This document shows, one piece after another, positions 9,561 through 18,426 of a DNA stretch of 64,000 bases. Location: positions 12,104 through 76,103 of the forward strand of contig JAPDJH010000018.1 in NCBI GenBank assembly GCA_029259175.1, given 5' to 3'. The translations under genes were made by a program, and so were the position numbers. A model generated the notes under the pieces. That model was given only the letters and a program-made list of their open reading frames with translations. It made no database searches and was not told the origin of the DNA. The DNA comes from Hadesarchaea archaeon. Lineage in GTDB: Archaea > Hadarchaeota > Hadarchaeia > Hadarchaeales > Hadarchaeaceae. How positions within the stretch are numbered: position 1 is the stretch's first letter; each line of letters begins with the position of its first letter.

Positions 9561-11528
9561 ATGCTTCACTTCCTTGGCTTTGTGATGTGGGTAATCGGAG
9601 GCGTGATGTTGATTCCTAGCGCGCTCGCGCCTGTTTTTGGAGAAAGCCATCTCATACCGGTATTCGTAATTCCGGCACTTGTAGCCATAGGTCTCGGTTA
9701 TTATATGCGCAGAAAAACTTCTCCTCGAGAGCTGAGCCTGGGTGAAGCGATGGTGACCGCCACCGCCGCTTGGATCATTTTCGCGGTTTTTTCTTCTGCC
9801 CCATACGTGGCGGGGATGGGAATGCCCATAGAAGATGCCTATTTCGAAAGCATGTCAGGGCTCACAGCGACCGGATTGACCATGATACCGCAGGATCCGG
9901 TGGCAAACCACCTCGTAATAAGTGAGGTGGGCATTTCCGCCGACAACGTCTCTTATATAGAACTGTACAATCCGACAGAAAGCGCGGTCGACCTTTCTTC
10001 TTCTCTTGTGTGGATAGCAACAGAAAATCGTGTAAAGTTAGAAAACATCGTTTGGTACACAAGTACCATACATTCTCACGGGTACTTTTTGCTGGCCGCT
10101 TCTGAGTCCGTATGCGGCGTTCAAGCGGATGCTCTGTTTACCACCTCGCTGTCATCCGTTGGCGCTGTGGCCATATCCACAACCTCCGCAAGTTTTGAAC
10201 ACGCCACAGACCGTGTTGCTTGGGGAGGATCTACAGCGGATGATTTTGCAGAGGGCTCCAGCTCACCCCACGTTTTATCTCCGGGCGACTCTTTGGAGCG
10301 CCGCATCTCTAAGCAGCTCTCCGAAAAGGCCACATTGAAGTATGAATGGGGAAACGCCTATGACACAGATATGAACTCCGACGATTTTGTTTTCCATAGC
10401 GGTGTGTGCGATCCAGAAAATTCTGGCGTGCAAAAGAACCCCATATTGAACATCGAACGCTCGCCTCGCACCATCTTGTTCTGGCGGAGTTTGACTGAGT
10501 GGGTGGGTGGACTGGGAATTATAGTGCTGTTCTTGGCGGCGCTTGTCGGTTTCGGAAAAGCGGCTCGAAAAATGTACGTGGCGGAAGCCAGGACCCAATT
10601 CGTGGAACCCAACGTCACGCAGACTGCAAGATCTCTGTGGGGGATTTACATTATTCTTACGCTAATCGGAGCAACGCTCCTGTACCTCACGTCATTGCCT
10701 AACGCCTCACTGTTTGAATCGGTTAACCATGCCATGACAGGAATTGCCACGGGCGGTTTTTCTGTGCGTAACGACAGTTTCGCAGGATATGCTTGGCCGG
10801 TCCTAACGGTGGCCATTCTCATCATGATCGCTGGAGCTACCAGTTTCGCTGTGCACCGCATGATCTTCCGTGGTGCTTGGCGAGAGTTCTTCAAAAATGT
10901 GGAAGTAAAATTTATGCTAGCGCTGATAGCGGTGTGTAGCGCGCTGTTGATTTTGAGCGTTGGAATAACTGATTCGTTTTTCCAAACAACCTCTGCACTC
11001 ACCGGCACCGGATTTTCTACGGCGAACTTGGCACATTGGGGAGATGGACAGAAAGGTGTGCTCATTTTGCTCATGGTGATCGGTGGCGGCTACGGCTCAA
11101 CCTCGAGTGCTCTAAAACTCATTCGAGTACTCATCCTAGCGAAAGCCATTCACTGGATGATTAAAAAGAGCTTCTTGCCCGATCGAGCCGTTGTACACAT
11201 GAAGCTCGGTGGTCGGATATACTCGGAACATGAAATGATGGAAGCTGCCATTTATGCCTTTCTTTACTTGCTTGTGATGATAGGCGGTGCAGTGGTTTTG
11301 ATGAGCTTTGGCCACTCAGCCATCGATTCCTTGTTCGAATCTGCATCCGCACAAGGAAATGTTGGACTATCGGTGGGCATCACATCTCCCTTCATGCCCT
11401 TAGCTGGAAAGATCACTATGATCATCCAAATGCTGGTCGGGCGGTTGGAGATAATCCCGGTCATCGCTTTGCTAAGCTATCTAATAGTGGAGCTTCCTAG
11501 AAACGTTCGGCGCGCCTCGCAGGTCTGA
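9561..11528 (+). CDS. trkH: TrkH potassium uptake protein with a ~186-aa inserted extracellular lamin-tail-like domain
   Basis: Four pore motifs (SGLTATGLT, TGIATGGF, SALTGTGFS, SAQGNVGLS) and GRLEI. The insert runs from ~9891 to 10448. Confidence 0.9.
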   Translation: MLHFLGFVMWVIGGVMLIPSALAPVFGESHLIPVFVIPALVAIGLGYYMRRKTSPRELSLGEAMVTATAAWIIFAVFSSAPYVAGMGMPIEDAYFESMSGLTATGLTMIPQDPVANHLVISEVGISADNVSYIELYNPTESAVDLSSSLVWIATENRVKLENIVWYTSTIHSHGYFLLAASESVCGVQADALFTTSLSSVGAVAISTTSASFEHATDRVAWGGSTADDFAEGSSSPHVLSPGDSLERRISKQLSEKATLKYEWGNAYDTDMNSDDFVFHSGVCDPENSGVQKNPILNIERSPRTILFWRSLTEWVGGLGIIVLFLAALVGFGKAARKMYVAEARTQFVEPNVTQTARSLWGIYIILTLIGATLLYLTSLPNASLFESVNHAMTGIATGGFSVRNDSFAGYAWPVLTVAILIMIAGATSFAVHRMIFRGAWREFFKNVEVKFMLALIAVCSALLILSVGITDSFFQTTSALTGTGFSTANLAHWGDGQKGVLILLMVIGGGYGSTSSALKLIRVLILAKAIHWMIKKSFLPDRAVVHMKLGGRIYSEHEMMEAAIYAFLYLLVMIGGAVVLMSFGHSAIDSLFESASAQGNVGLSVGITSPFMPLAGKITMIIQMLVGRLEIIPVIALLSYLIVELPRNVRRASQV

Positions 11529-12093
11529 CGAACAGGTTGTACTTGTCCACGCCTTGGAGCTCCATCTCTATACGCTTGGCTATCAGAGACTTGGGATTGG
11601 CAAGACCCTTAACCCGCTCTTCCAGATCTTTAAAATCTGAGAATGGTTTCTTGTTTCGCTCCTCCAAGATGGCCCACATCAGCTTCTTCCCAATCCCCGG
11701 AATGAGTTCGAGCTGGTGAAAGCGCGTCGTTACTGGACCAGCGCGGTTGAAAAACTCTACGTATTTTTCCGGTGCCTCCTCAATTATCTTCTCGATCACG
11801 GCTGGTAGCTCCGCTTTTGCGGCTGCGGTAAGATCACCGTAACCGATTCTCCGTCGGATCCGCTCTACCTTGTCACGCCCCTCTTTCCCAATGTTTATTT
11901 TCTCTTGGGGCTGGAGCGTTACGCCCTTGAGCGGTACGACTTCAAGCAAAGTGAAGAAACCCGTTCCTATCACTTGAGCCACAGGCTCTCGCAAGTGAAT
12001 GGGACGGGTATCACTTGGGCTTCCTTGGGGTAGGAAATCCAGCACTATGGCGAAATCCTCATACTTTTTTTCAACCAAGCCAACCAGCTCCAC
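11497..12093 (-). CDS. DUF655 putative RNA-binding protein
   Basis: VLDFLPxG, FTLLE and H.LELIPGIGKK motifs; conserved position after rpoF. Confidence 0.9.
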   Translation of the reverse strand: MELVGLVEKKYEDFAIVLDFLPQGSPSDTRPIHLREPVAQVIGTGFFTLLEVVPLKGVTLQPQEKINIGKEGRDKVERIRRRIGYGDLTAAAKAELPAVIEKIIEEAPEKYVEFFNRAGPVTTRFHQLELIPGIGKKLMWAILEERNKKPFSDFKDLEERVKGLANPKSLIAKRIEMELQGVDKYNLFVRPARRAERF

Positions 12094-12097
12094 TTAT

Positions 12098-12433
12098 TCA
12101 CTCGGTATGTTTCTTCACTATCTCCAAAATTTGATTGATTTCAGAATCCTCCAATCTGGTTCTCGTTTTTTGAAAAATTACTTCTACGTCCTGCTTTGTT
12201 TTTGGTAACAAATCGATAATCGCGACGATCTGCGCTTCGTTTAGTTTCTCGATCTGCGAGAGCTCTTCTCTCATCTTCCTCGCGGTCTCCGCGTCCACAC
12301 CGGCAAATTTCTGTGCATAATCATATGCTAGCCGTTGAGAGTACTCCATCTCCCCTTTCTTTTGTTTTTCTAAAAGCTCCAGCGCCTCTGGAATCGTGGT
12401 CGGTTTTTCTTCAACCACCCTTTTTCCGATCAC
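12098..12433 (-). CDS. rpoF: RNA polymerase subunit F (Rpo4)
   Basis: MIGK..., YSQR.A.DYAQKF and IIDLLP motifs; rpl21e-rpoF-DUF655 synteny. Confidence 0.92.
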   Translation of the reverse strand: MIGKRVVEEKPTTIPEALELLEKQKKGEMEYSQRLAYDYAQKFAGVDAETARKMREELSQIEKLNEAQIVAIIDLLPKTKQDVEVIFQKTRTRLEDSEINQILEIVKKHTE

Positions 12434-12726
12434 TATCTCACCACCCGGAGGTGCTCAGGCGATGCTATTATTTTCTTTATCTTACCTCCATCCTTTATCT
12501 CTACTATATAGGCACGCCCCCTTTTCTCTATTACGAGACCTATCCTCCCATGGTATCTGTGGTGTGGTTGTCCCTTGTGAACCGATGGATTTATGAAAAT
12601 GGTGACTTTTGCACCTATGGGTAGCTCTTGGGTTGCCTGAACCACTGAACCTAGTCCTCGACGTCTCGGCGGTTTTGTGAACTTTCCTCTACCGGCGCTT
12701 CTTAGTCCGCGAGACCGTCTAGCCAT
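12433..12726 (-). CDS. rpl21e: 50S ribosomal protein L21e
   Basis: INPSVHKGQPHHRYHGRIG, GRAY, DGGKIK and PEHL motifs. Confidence 0.96.
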   Translation of the reverse strand: MARRSRGLRSAGRGKFTKPPRRRGLGSVVQATQELPIGAKVTIFINPSVHKGQPHHRYHGRIGLVIEKRGRAYIVEIKDGGKIKKIIASPEHLRVVR

Positions 12727-12770
12727 TTTTCATCCCTTCCCTCTCTAGTGTGTCGCGGGATTTTAACCTT

Positions 12771-12779
12771 TAACTAGCC
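12771..12779 (+). repeat. Left copy of 9-bp target-site duplication TAACTAGCC
   Basis: Identical to 13957-13965, and each copy directly abuts a terminal inverted repeat. Confidence 0.9.
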
Positions 12780-12870
12780 GGTTCTCTTCGGAACTCTTGG
12801 CCCGCAGATACTTTCGCCCACCCCTCTCTCCCCGAAACCCTCATAATTGGATAGAACGAACCTCGGGCGA

Positions 12871-13917
12871 ATGCGTGTCGTCAAGACCATCCGGGCGGAG
12901 CTCTGGGCCCTCACCAAGCGCAAGCTTGAGTGCTTGCTCGATCTTGAGAGCGAGTGGAGGCGCGCCCTTGAGCTCAAACGCACGTACCGGGAGCTCAGGG
13001 AGTCGACGCGCCTGCCCTCCTACTACTGCAGGGCCCTGGCGTGGAAGGTCCGCGGGCGGCAGTCCCCCATCCTGCTCGACCGGGACTCCTTCGAGCTCAA
13101 GCCCACCTCCAACCGCCTAGCCCGCTACTTCATCAGCATTCCCACGCCCCGCGGGAGGGTGTGGTGCCCCCTCAGGCTCTGGCGCGAGCACGAGCGGTTG
13201 CTCGAGTCGGGAGTCAGGATTAGGGACTCGAAGCTGGTCGTGCGGAAGGGGAGGTTCTTTCTCCACCTCACGGTTGAAAAGAAAATCACGCTCATCCCTC
13301 GACCCAACGTGGTCGCGGTCGACCTCGGAGAGCGCTTCCTCGCGGCGTCCGTGGCGCTTCGCGGGGGAGCAGTGGTCTCAGCGGTCCTGCTCGGGAAGGA
13401 GGCGAGAGGGGTGAGGCGGCACCACGCGTGGCTGCGCAGGCGCCTGGGGGAGCGGAAGCTCCTGCGCGTCATCAGGCGAATCGGGCAGCGGGAGCGGCGC
13501 GCGGTCGACCAGATCTGCCACCGGGTCGCGAAGCGCGTGGTCGAGTTCGCAGTCCGCCACGAGGCCGTCATCGTGATCGGGGATCTGAAGGGGCTGCGCG
13601 AGCGCTGCAGGGGGAAGGGGAAGCGCCTGAATCGCATCGTTGGCTCCATGCCCTACCACCGGCTCAGGCGCTACATCGAGCACAAAGCGGCTTGGTTTGG
13701 GATCCCGGTGTACATAGTGAGCGAGGCGCACACGAGCTCCCGCTGCCACCGCTGTGGGGCCGAGGGATCGAGGCCCAGCCAGGGGCTCTTCAGGTGCAGG
13801 GCATGCGGGCTCGAGTACAACGCGGACCTGAACGGTGCCGCAAACCTCGGAAAGAGGTTCCTGGAGCAGCGCTCCGGGAACGGGGCCGTGTGGGTTCCGG
13901 CCCTAAAGGCGGCCTAG
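12871..13917 (+). CDS. tnpB: RNA-guided endonuclease TnpB (348 aa from ATG 12871)
   Basis: RuvC-I VAVDLGE, IVIGDL, VSEAHTSSRCHRCG, CRAC Zn finger and RuvC-III NADLNGAAN. Confidence 0.93.
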   Translation: MRVVKTIRAELWALTKRKLECLLDLESEWRRALELKRTYRELRESTRLPSYYCRALAWKVRGRQSPILLDRDSFELKPTSNRLARYFISIPTPRGRVWCPLRLWREHERLLESGVRIRDSKLVVRKGRFFLHLTVEKKITLIPRPNVVAVDLGERFLAASVALRGGAVVSAVLLGKEARGVRRHHAWLRRRLGERKLLRVIRRIGQRERRAVDQICHRVAKRVVEFAVRHEAVIVIGDLKGLRERCRGKGKRLNRIVGSMPYHRLRRYIEHKAAWFGIPVYIVSEAHTSSRCHRCGAEGSRPSQGLFRCRACGLEYNADLNGAANLGKRFLEQRSGNGAVWVPALKAA

Positions 13918-13956
13918 AGCCGCCAACTTCGGAGGTCAAGGCTTCCGAAGAGAACC
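13882..13956 (+). ncRNA. Putative omegaRNA scaffold (3' part) overlapping the tnpB end
   Basis: Three tandem hairpins: GGGCCG/CGGCCC, GGCGGC/GCCGCC and CTTCGGA/TCCGAAG. The segment is conserved in a second copy at 49226-49298. Confidence 0.6.
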
Positions 13957-13965
13957 TAACTAGCC
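13957..13965 (+). repeat. Right copy of 9-bp target-site duplication TAACTAGCC
   Basis: Identical to 12771-12779; includes the srp54 stop codon. Confidence 0.9.
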
Positions 13966-15306
13966 CATCTTTTTCAACAATTTGCTCCAAGGACCAAACC
14001 TAGGGATTCTGCCTCGTGCAAGATTTTTTATAAGCTTCTGCACCAGCTCGTACTGCTTTAAGAGTTCTTTCACGTCGGCTTCGCTGGTCCCAGAACCGCG
14101 GGCAATCCTTTTGATCCTAGAAGCATTTAGTATGCGGGGGTTCTCCAGCTCCTCCGGGGTCATGGACTGCATAATGACCTTGAATTTCTTCAGCTTCTCT
14201 TCTCCTATTCGGAACTGCTCGTCGGGAATAGACACGCCCACGCCCGGAAGCATTTGCATGACTTTTTTCAGAGGACCCATTTTGCTTAATGCTTCTAGCT
14301 GATCATAGACATCTTTTAGGGTGAGCTTTCCCGCCAGCAAATCCTTTTTATCCGGAATCCGGATTTTCTCCTCTTTCACCACTTCCTCGATTTTTTTCAA
14401 CAGAGTCTCCAAATCGCCCATGCCAAGCAAACGAGACAAGAACTTTGCTGGGGCATATGGTTCTAAGTCTTCTAGATGTTCCCCTGTGCCGATGAACTTG
14501 ATAGATGCGCCCGTCGCGGCCACAGCTGAGAGCGCGCCTCCACCTTTGGCAGTGCCGTCGAGTTTGGTTACGAGAATAGATCCGATAGCGGTGGCCGCGT
14601 TAAAGGCTTCGGCCTGTGCCTTTGCTTGTTGACCGATGGTGCCGTCAATCACCAGCATTACTTCGTCTGGTCGGATTTGCTCCGCTAACTCTCGCATTTC
14701 CTGCATGAGATTTATCTCGCTTTTATGACGCCCTGCCGTGTCGACGATAATGAGCTCCATTCCTTGTCTCTTGAAATGTTGCACGCCTTCCTTTGCTATT
14801 CTAACGGCGTCTTTGGTTTTGGGGTCTCCGAAAACTGGGAATCCCCCTTGCTCTCCCAGCTGAAGCAATTGTTCGTAAGCGCCCGGACGATACGTGTCGG
14901 CACAGATAATCCCCACCTTGAAGCCCTTTTTCTTGAAATAATACGCGAGCTTGGCCACCGAAGTGGTTTTCCCACTTCCCTGCAAACCAACCATCATCAA
15001 AACTTTGGTTTTCCCCGGCTCCACTTTCAGCTCCGCGGGTTTGCCCAAAAAATCTGAGAGCTCTTCATACACCACCTTTATTATGTGGGCTCGCTTGTCT
15101 ACTCCCGGCAACGGCTTTTCTTCGAGCGCTCGCTTTTCGATGCGTTTGGAAAGAGAAAGCACTAGTTTAACGTTGACATCAGCTTGGAGCAGAGCGCGCT
15201 GGACATCTCTAACGAGCTGCTTGATCGTTTGCTCGTCCACATGCGGGCTTTTCGCCAGCTTCTGGAGAGCAGAGTGTAGCGCCTTTCCCAGTCTTTCTAG
15301 CACCAT
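13960..15306 (-). CDS. srp54: Signal recognition particle protein SRP54
   Basis: ALLQADVN, GLQGSGKTT, DTAGRH, TKLDGTAKGGG and M-domain SRIKRIARGSG. Confidence 0.97.
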   Translation of the reverse strand: MVLERLGKALHSALQKLAKSPHVDEQTIKQLVRDVQRALLQADVNVKLVLSLSKRIEKRALEEKPLPGVDKRAHIIKVVYEELSDFLGKPAELKVEPGKTKVLMMVGLQGSGKTTSVAKLAYYFKKKGFKVGIICADTYRPGAYEQLLQLGEQGGFPVFGDPKTKDAVRIAKEGVQHFKRQGMELIIVDTAGRHKSEINLMQEMRELAEQIRPDEVMLVIDGTIGQQAKAQAEAFNAATAIGSILVTKLDGTAKGGGALSAVAATGASIKFIGTGEHLEDLEPYAPAKFLSRLLGMGDLETLLKKIEEVVKEEKIRIPDKKDLLAGKLTLKDVYDQLEALSKMGPLKKVMQMLPGVGVSIPDEQFRIGEEKLKKFKVIMQSMTPEELENPRILNASRIKRIARGSGTSEADVKELLKQYELVQKLIKNLARGRIPRFGPWSKLLKKMG

Positions 15307-15360
15307 GGTGTCAATATTGGTTGGTCTCCAACATTAAATAGAACTCGCGCACAGTAGTGG

Positions 15361-16377
15361 ATGATGATCGGGCTGATTCTCGCGGGTGGTTTTGCCAAAA
15401 GACTGGGACCGATCGGGCAGCAACTACCAAAACCGCTTCTCATGGTGGAAGGAGATCGAGCCATCAACCACCTTCTTCGAAAACTGGAATCAGCTGGTGT
15501 GAAAACCGTCTACATCACGGTCAACAAAAAGTTCGCCCCTTTCTTTAAGGACTACAAAAATTTGATCGTTGAACCATCAACCAAAGAAGAAGAAAAACTC
15601 GGTGCCGTTTCGGCTATAGCTAATGCTATCAAAAATGCAGGTATTGATGACGATTTGTTTGTCTTGTGCGCGGACAATTATTTTTCGTCAGATTTCGAGG
15701 AATTTGTTCAAAATTTTTCTGGAGAACCCATGGTCGGACTGTACTATGCGGGCGCCACCCCTGACTTAAAGCCAGAGGAGATGGCCACCGTCCGCTTCAA
15801 GGGTTGTGATTCGTATCCGCCCCCCACCAAGACATTCTATTTGGAAGATTTCAAGGAAAAAGTAAAGCCGCCGCTCAGCAACTATGTGGGTACCGGCGTT
15901 TACATTCTTCCGCGACGTGTGCTTCCCGTTCTAATAGATTTCTGCGAAGGGCGCAAAAGAGACGCTCCAGGCTATTTCATCCAGCACTTAATGGAACGGG
16001 GAGAGAAAATCAAGGCCTATGTGTTTTCAGGAGAATGGTACGACATCTCACACAAAACATACTGGGATGCGTTCAGAACAGGTAAATTGGTTCGCGGTGA
16101 CGAAGTCTGTGTTCAGGCCTCCAGAAACGTTGGAGCTCTAACTGTTTACATAACTATTCTCAAACCAAGGAAATCCGTGGATCTCCCTCCCAACTCTGTG
16201 CACCTCATATTGGAGGGTGCTGGAGAAATCCGAACAGAGGAGAAACACAGAACCGCCAGATCCAGAGATGTAATCCTCACCGGGCCGAGTGGAGGAATTC
16301 TCCAGAATAAAAGTGACTTGGAACTCGTCTTCCTGAGCATTGAGACAAAGAGCGGGGAACCCAATGCTGTTTCATAA
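15361..16377 (+). CDS. Sugar-phosphate nucleotidyltransferase with a C-terminal cupin-like domain
   Basis: ILAGGFAKRL..PKPLL, EEKLG, EKxKPP and WYDI motifs. Confidence 0.85.
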   Translation: MMIGLILAGGFAKRLGPIGQQLPKPLLMVEGDRAINHLLRKLESAGVKTVYITVNKKFAPFFKDYKNLIVEPSTKEEEKLGAVSAIANAIKNAGIDDDLFVLCADNYFSSDFEEFVQNFSGEPMVGLYYAGATPDLKPEEMATVRFKGCDSYPPPTKTFYLEDFKEKVKPPLSNYVGTGVYILPRRVLPVLIDFCEGRKRDAPGYFIQHLMERGEKIKAYVFSGEWYDISHKTYWDAFRTGKLVRGDEVCVQASRNVGALTVYITILKPRKSVDLPPNSVHLILEGAGEIRTEEKHRTARSRDVILTGPSGGILQNKSDLELVFLSIETKSGEPNAVS

Positions 16378-17371
16378 ACGAGTAATTGTGGCCAAGCTTC
16401 GCGATCCCAGAGAAGATTTCAGAGAGGTTGAACGCCCCATCGAAATTAGGCGTGATCCGCTAACTGGACGAAAGTGCAGAATAAACGTGGAGCGAGCACG
16501 CCGACCACATCAAGCGAAACGAACTAAAGAGAAAATTTCCCATCCCACAAACTGTCCTTTTTGTCATCCGAACTTGGAAAAAATCACCCCAAAGTATCCG
16601 GATGCGATGCCTGAGAGAATCTGCGTAGGAAGAGCTACAACATTTCCGAATTTGTTTCCCTTCGGGGAGTTCCATTCTGTAGTAGCATTTCCCTCGTTTT
16701 TCTTAGAAGTGGATGGTTTTTCTCCCAAAGAACTGCGCGAATGCTTAGAGGCTGCTTTCAAAACATTCGAACTCGCTATGAGTACACGGCCTGCCCTTCG
16801 TTACTGGTATTTGAACTGGAATCATCTTCCTCCCGCTGGAGCTAGCATAGTTCATCCACATCTCCAGTTATTGGCGACAAGAAATCCCACCAGAATGCTC
16901 AGTGAACTCATGCGGAAAAGCAAACAATACTATCAGCAGCACAAACGGAATTACTGGAAGGAACTGCTATCTCTCGAAAGGAAATTGGACGAGCGCTACA
17001 TCGGAAGCACTGGAGATATCCACTGGATAGCAAGTTTTGCACCCACGGGAAATAAAGAGGTGTTGGGTGTTTCTGAAAAATGGTCCTCTTTACGAGAAGC
17101 GAAGGCATCTATATCCGACATTTGTCAGGGACTGCACAAAATCTTGAAGGGCTATGCCAAAATCGGTGTCAAAAGCTTTAATCTGTCTTCGTACTCCGGG
17201 CCGTGCGACAAAAAGCTACCGTTTTTCCGCCTTCACTTCCGTTTGATCGCAAGGCCGGACCCGGTGTCTCTTTACACCGCGGACAGGGGGTTCATGGAGA
17301 TCTTCCATCACGAACCTGTGATAGACACTTTGCCCGAAACACTGGCACGTGAACTCCGCAAAGTTTTCTAA
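16364..17371 (+). CDS. galT: Galactose-1-phosphate uridylyltransferase-like protein (HIT superfamily)
   Basis: RRDPLTG, RARRP, CPFC, NLFP and AGASIVHPHLQ motifs. Confidence 0.8.
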   Translation: MLFHKRVIVAKLRDPREDFREVERPIEIRRDPLTGRKCRINVERARRPHQAKRTKEKISHPTNCPFCHPNLEKITPKYPDAMPERICVGRATTFPNLFPFGEFHSVVAFPSFFLEVDGFSPKELRECLEAAFKTFELAMSTRPALRYWYLNWNHLPPAGASIVHPHLQLLATRNPTRMLSELMRKSKQYYQQHKRNYWKELLSLERKLDERYIGSTGDIHWIASFAPTGNKEVLGVSEKWSSLREAKASISDICQGLHKILKGYAKIGVKSFNLSSYSGPCDKKLPFFRLHFRLIARPDPVSLYTADRGFMEIFHHEPVIDTLPETLARELRKVF

Positions 17372-17401
17372 TTCCGGATAAAACAAAAAAGAGGGGAAAA
17401 C

Positions 17402-18349
17402 ATGAAAACCACAGTGCTATGCATCGGAGACGCGAACATAGATGTGATTCTGCGGACTAGATTTCCTCCGCGCGGAAAACAGGTAGTCATCTCTGATTAT
17501 CAAGTCTACGGTGGAGGGTGCGCAACTAATTTTGCGCTGGCGTGTAGTCGTCTCGGAGCCTCGGTTCGATTAATAGGAAAAATCGGCAAAGATCACTGGG
17601 GAGCGTTTCTGATTGAAAAACTTCGGAAAAACAAGGTGGACGTCTCAGAGATGGTGATTTCAAAATACGTCAAGACTGGGGTGACCTTCGCAATAATCGA
17701 GGACGAGGAGCGCTCTTTTATCACATTTCGCGGAGGAAATGCTTCTCTCTCCATCCAAGATATTCCGTTGAAAAAACTCATGGCGAACATTGTTCACATT
17801 CCTTCATTCTTTCTGGTCGAATCGTTGAGACCGCACTACGCCAAATTAATGAAGCTGGCTCGAAGCAGGGGCGCGATCGTCTCTTTCGATACGGGATGGG
17901 ACCCCTTTGGATTGTGGAGAAAAACGCCTCATTTGCTCAGAACAATCCAAAGTACCGATGTTTTTTTACCGAATCTCGACGAGGCCAGAAGAATAACCGG
18001 GCGGATCTCCGAGGGACCAAAAAAACTTGCAAGACGCCTTCTAACGATGGGGCCAAAGATTGTTTGCATCAAGATGGGCTGTAGAGGCAGTGTGGTAGCA
18101 GAGGGGACACGCGTGTACAGAATTCCGGCGTTCTCGGTAGAAACTGTTGATTCCACTGGTGCCGGTGACGTGTATAATGCGGCATTCATGTTGGCCTACT
18201 TCAAAACCCGTGATGTGTTGCGCTCTGCTCGTTTCGCGTCTGCGGCTGCAGCCATAAGTGTCACGGGGCCGGGATGGGAGCGGTACCCCTCCCGCTCGGA
18301 TGTGAACGGGTTCTTGCGCACACACGGATATGCGCCTGTGGATCTGTGA
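17402..18349 (+). CDS. PfkB/ribokinase family carbohydrate kinase
   Basis: GGCATN, PNLDEA and DSTGAGD motifs. Confidence 0.9.
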   Translation: MKTTVLCIGDANIDVILRTRFPPRGKQVVISDYQVYGGGCATNFALACSRLGASVRLIGKIGKDHWGAFLIEKLRKNKVDVSEMVISKYVKTGVTFAIIEDEERSFITFRGGNASLSIQDIPLKKLMANIVHIPSFFLVESLRPHYAKLMKLARSRGAIVSFDTGWDPFGLWRKTPHLLRTIQSTDVFLPNLDEARRITGRISEGPKKLARRLLTMGPKIVCIKMGCRGSVVAEGTRVYRIPAFSVETVDSTGAGDVYNAAFMLAYFKTRDVLRSARFASAAAAISVTGPGWERYPSRSDVNGFLRTHGYAPVDL

Positions 18350-18426
18350 TTAACCAACATTTATAAACAAGTGAAAACGAAGAAATATGAAAGCCAGATT
18401 CACGCTCACCCGTTCTGGCTATAAAG

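Larger units (their letters stand above)
12780..13956 (+). mobile_element. Non-autonomous TnpB element with terminal inverted repeats and 9-bp TSD
   Basis: GGTTCTCTTCGGAA (12780-12793) and TTCCGAAGAGAACC (13943-13956) are perfect IRs, extending to 20/23. GC is visibly higher than the flanks. Inserted between srp54 and rpl21e. Confidence 0.9.

Noticed and set aside
9891-10448. Intein in TrkH
   Set aside because: No C/S N-terminus, HN-C/S/T end or LAGLIDADG motifs; the insert resembles a lamin-tail domain.
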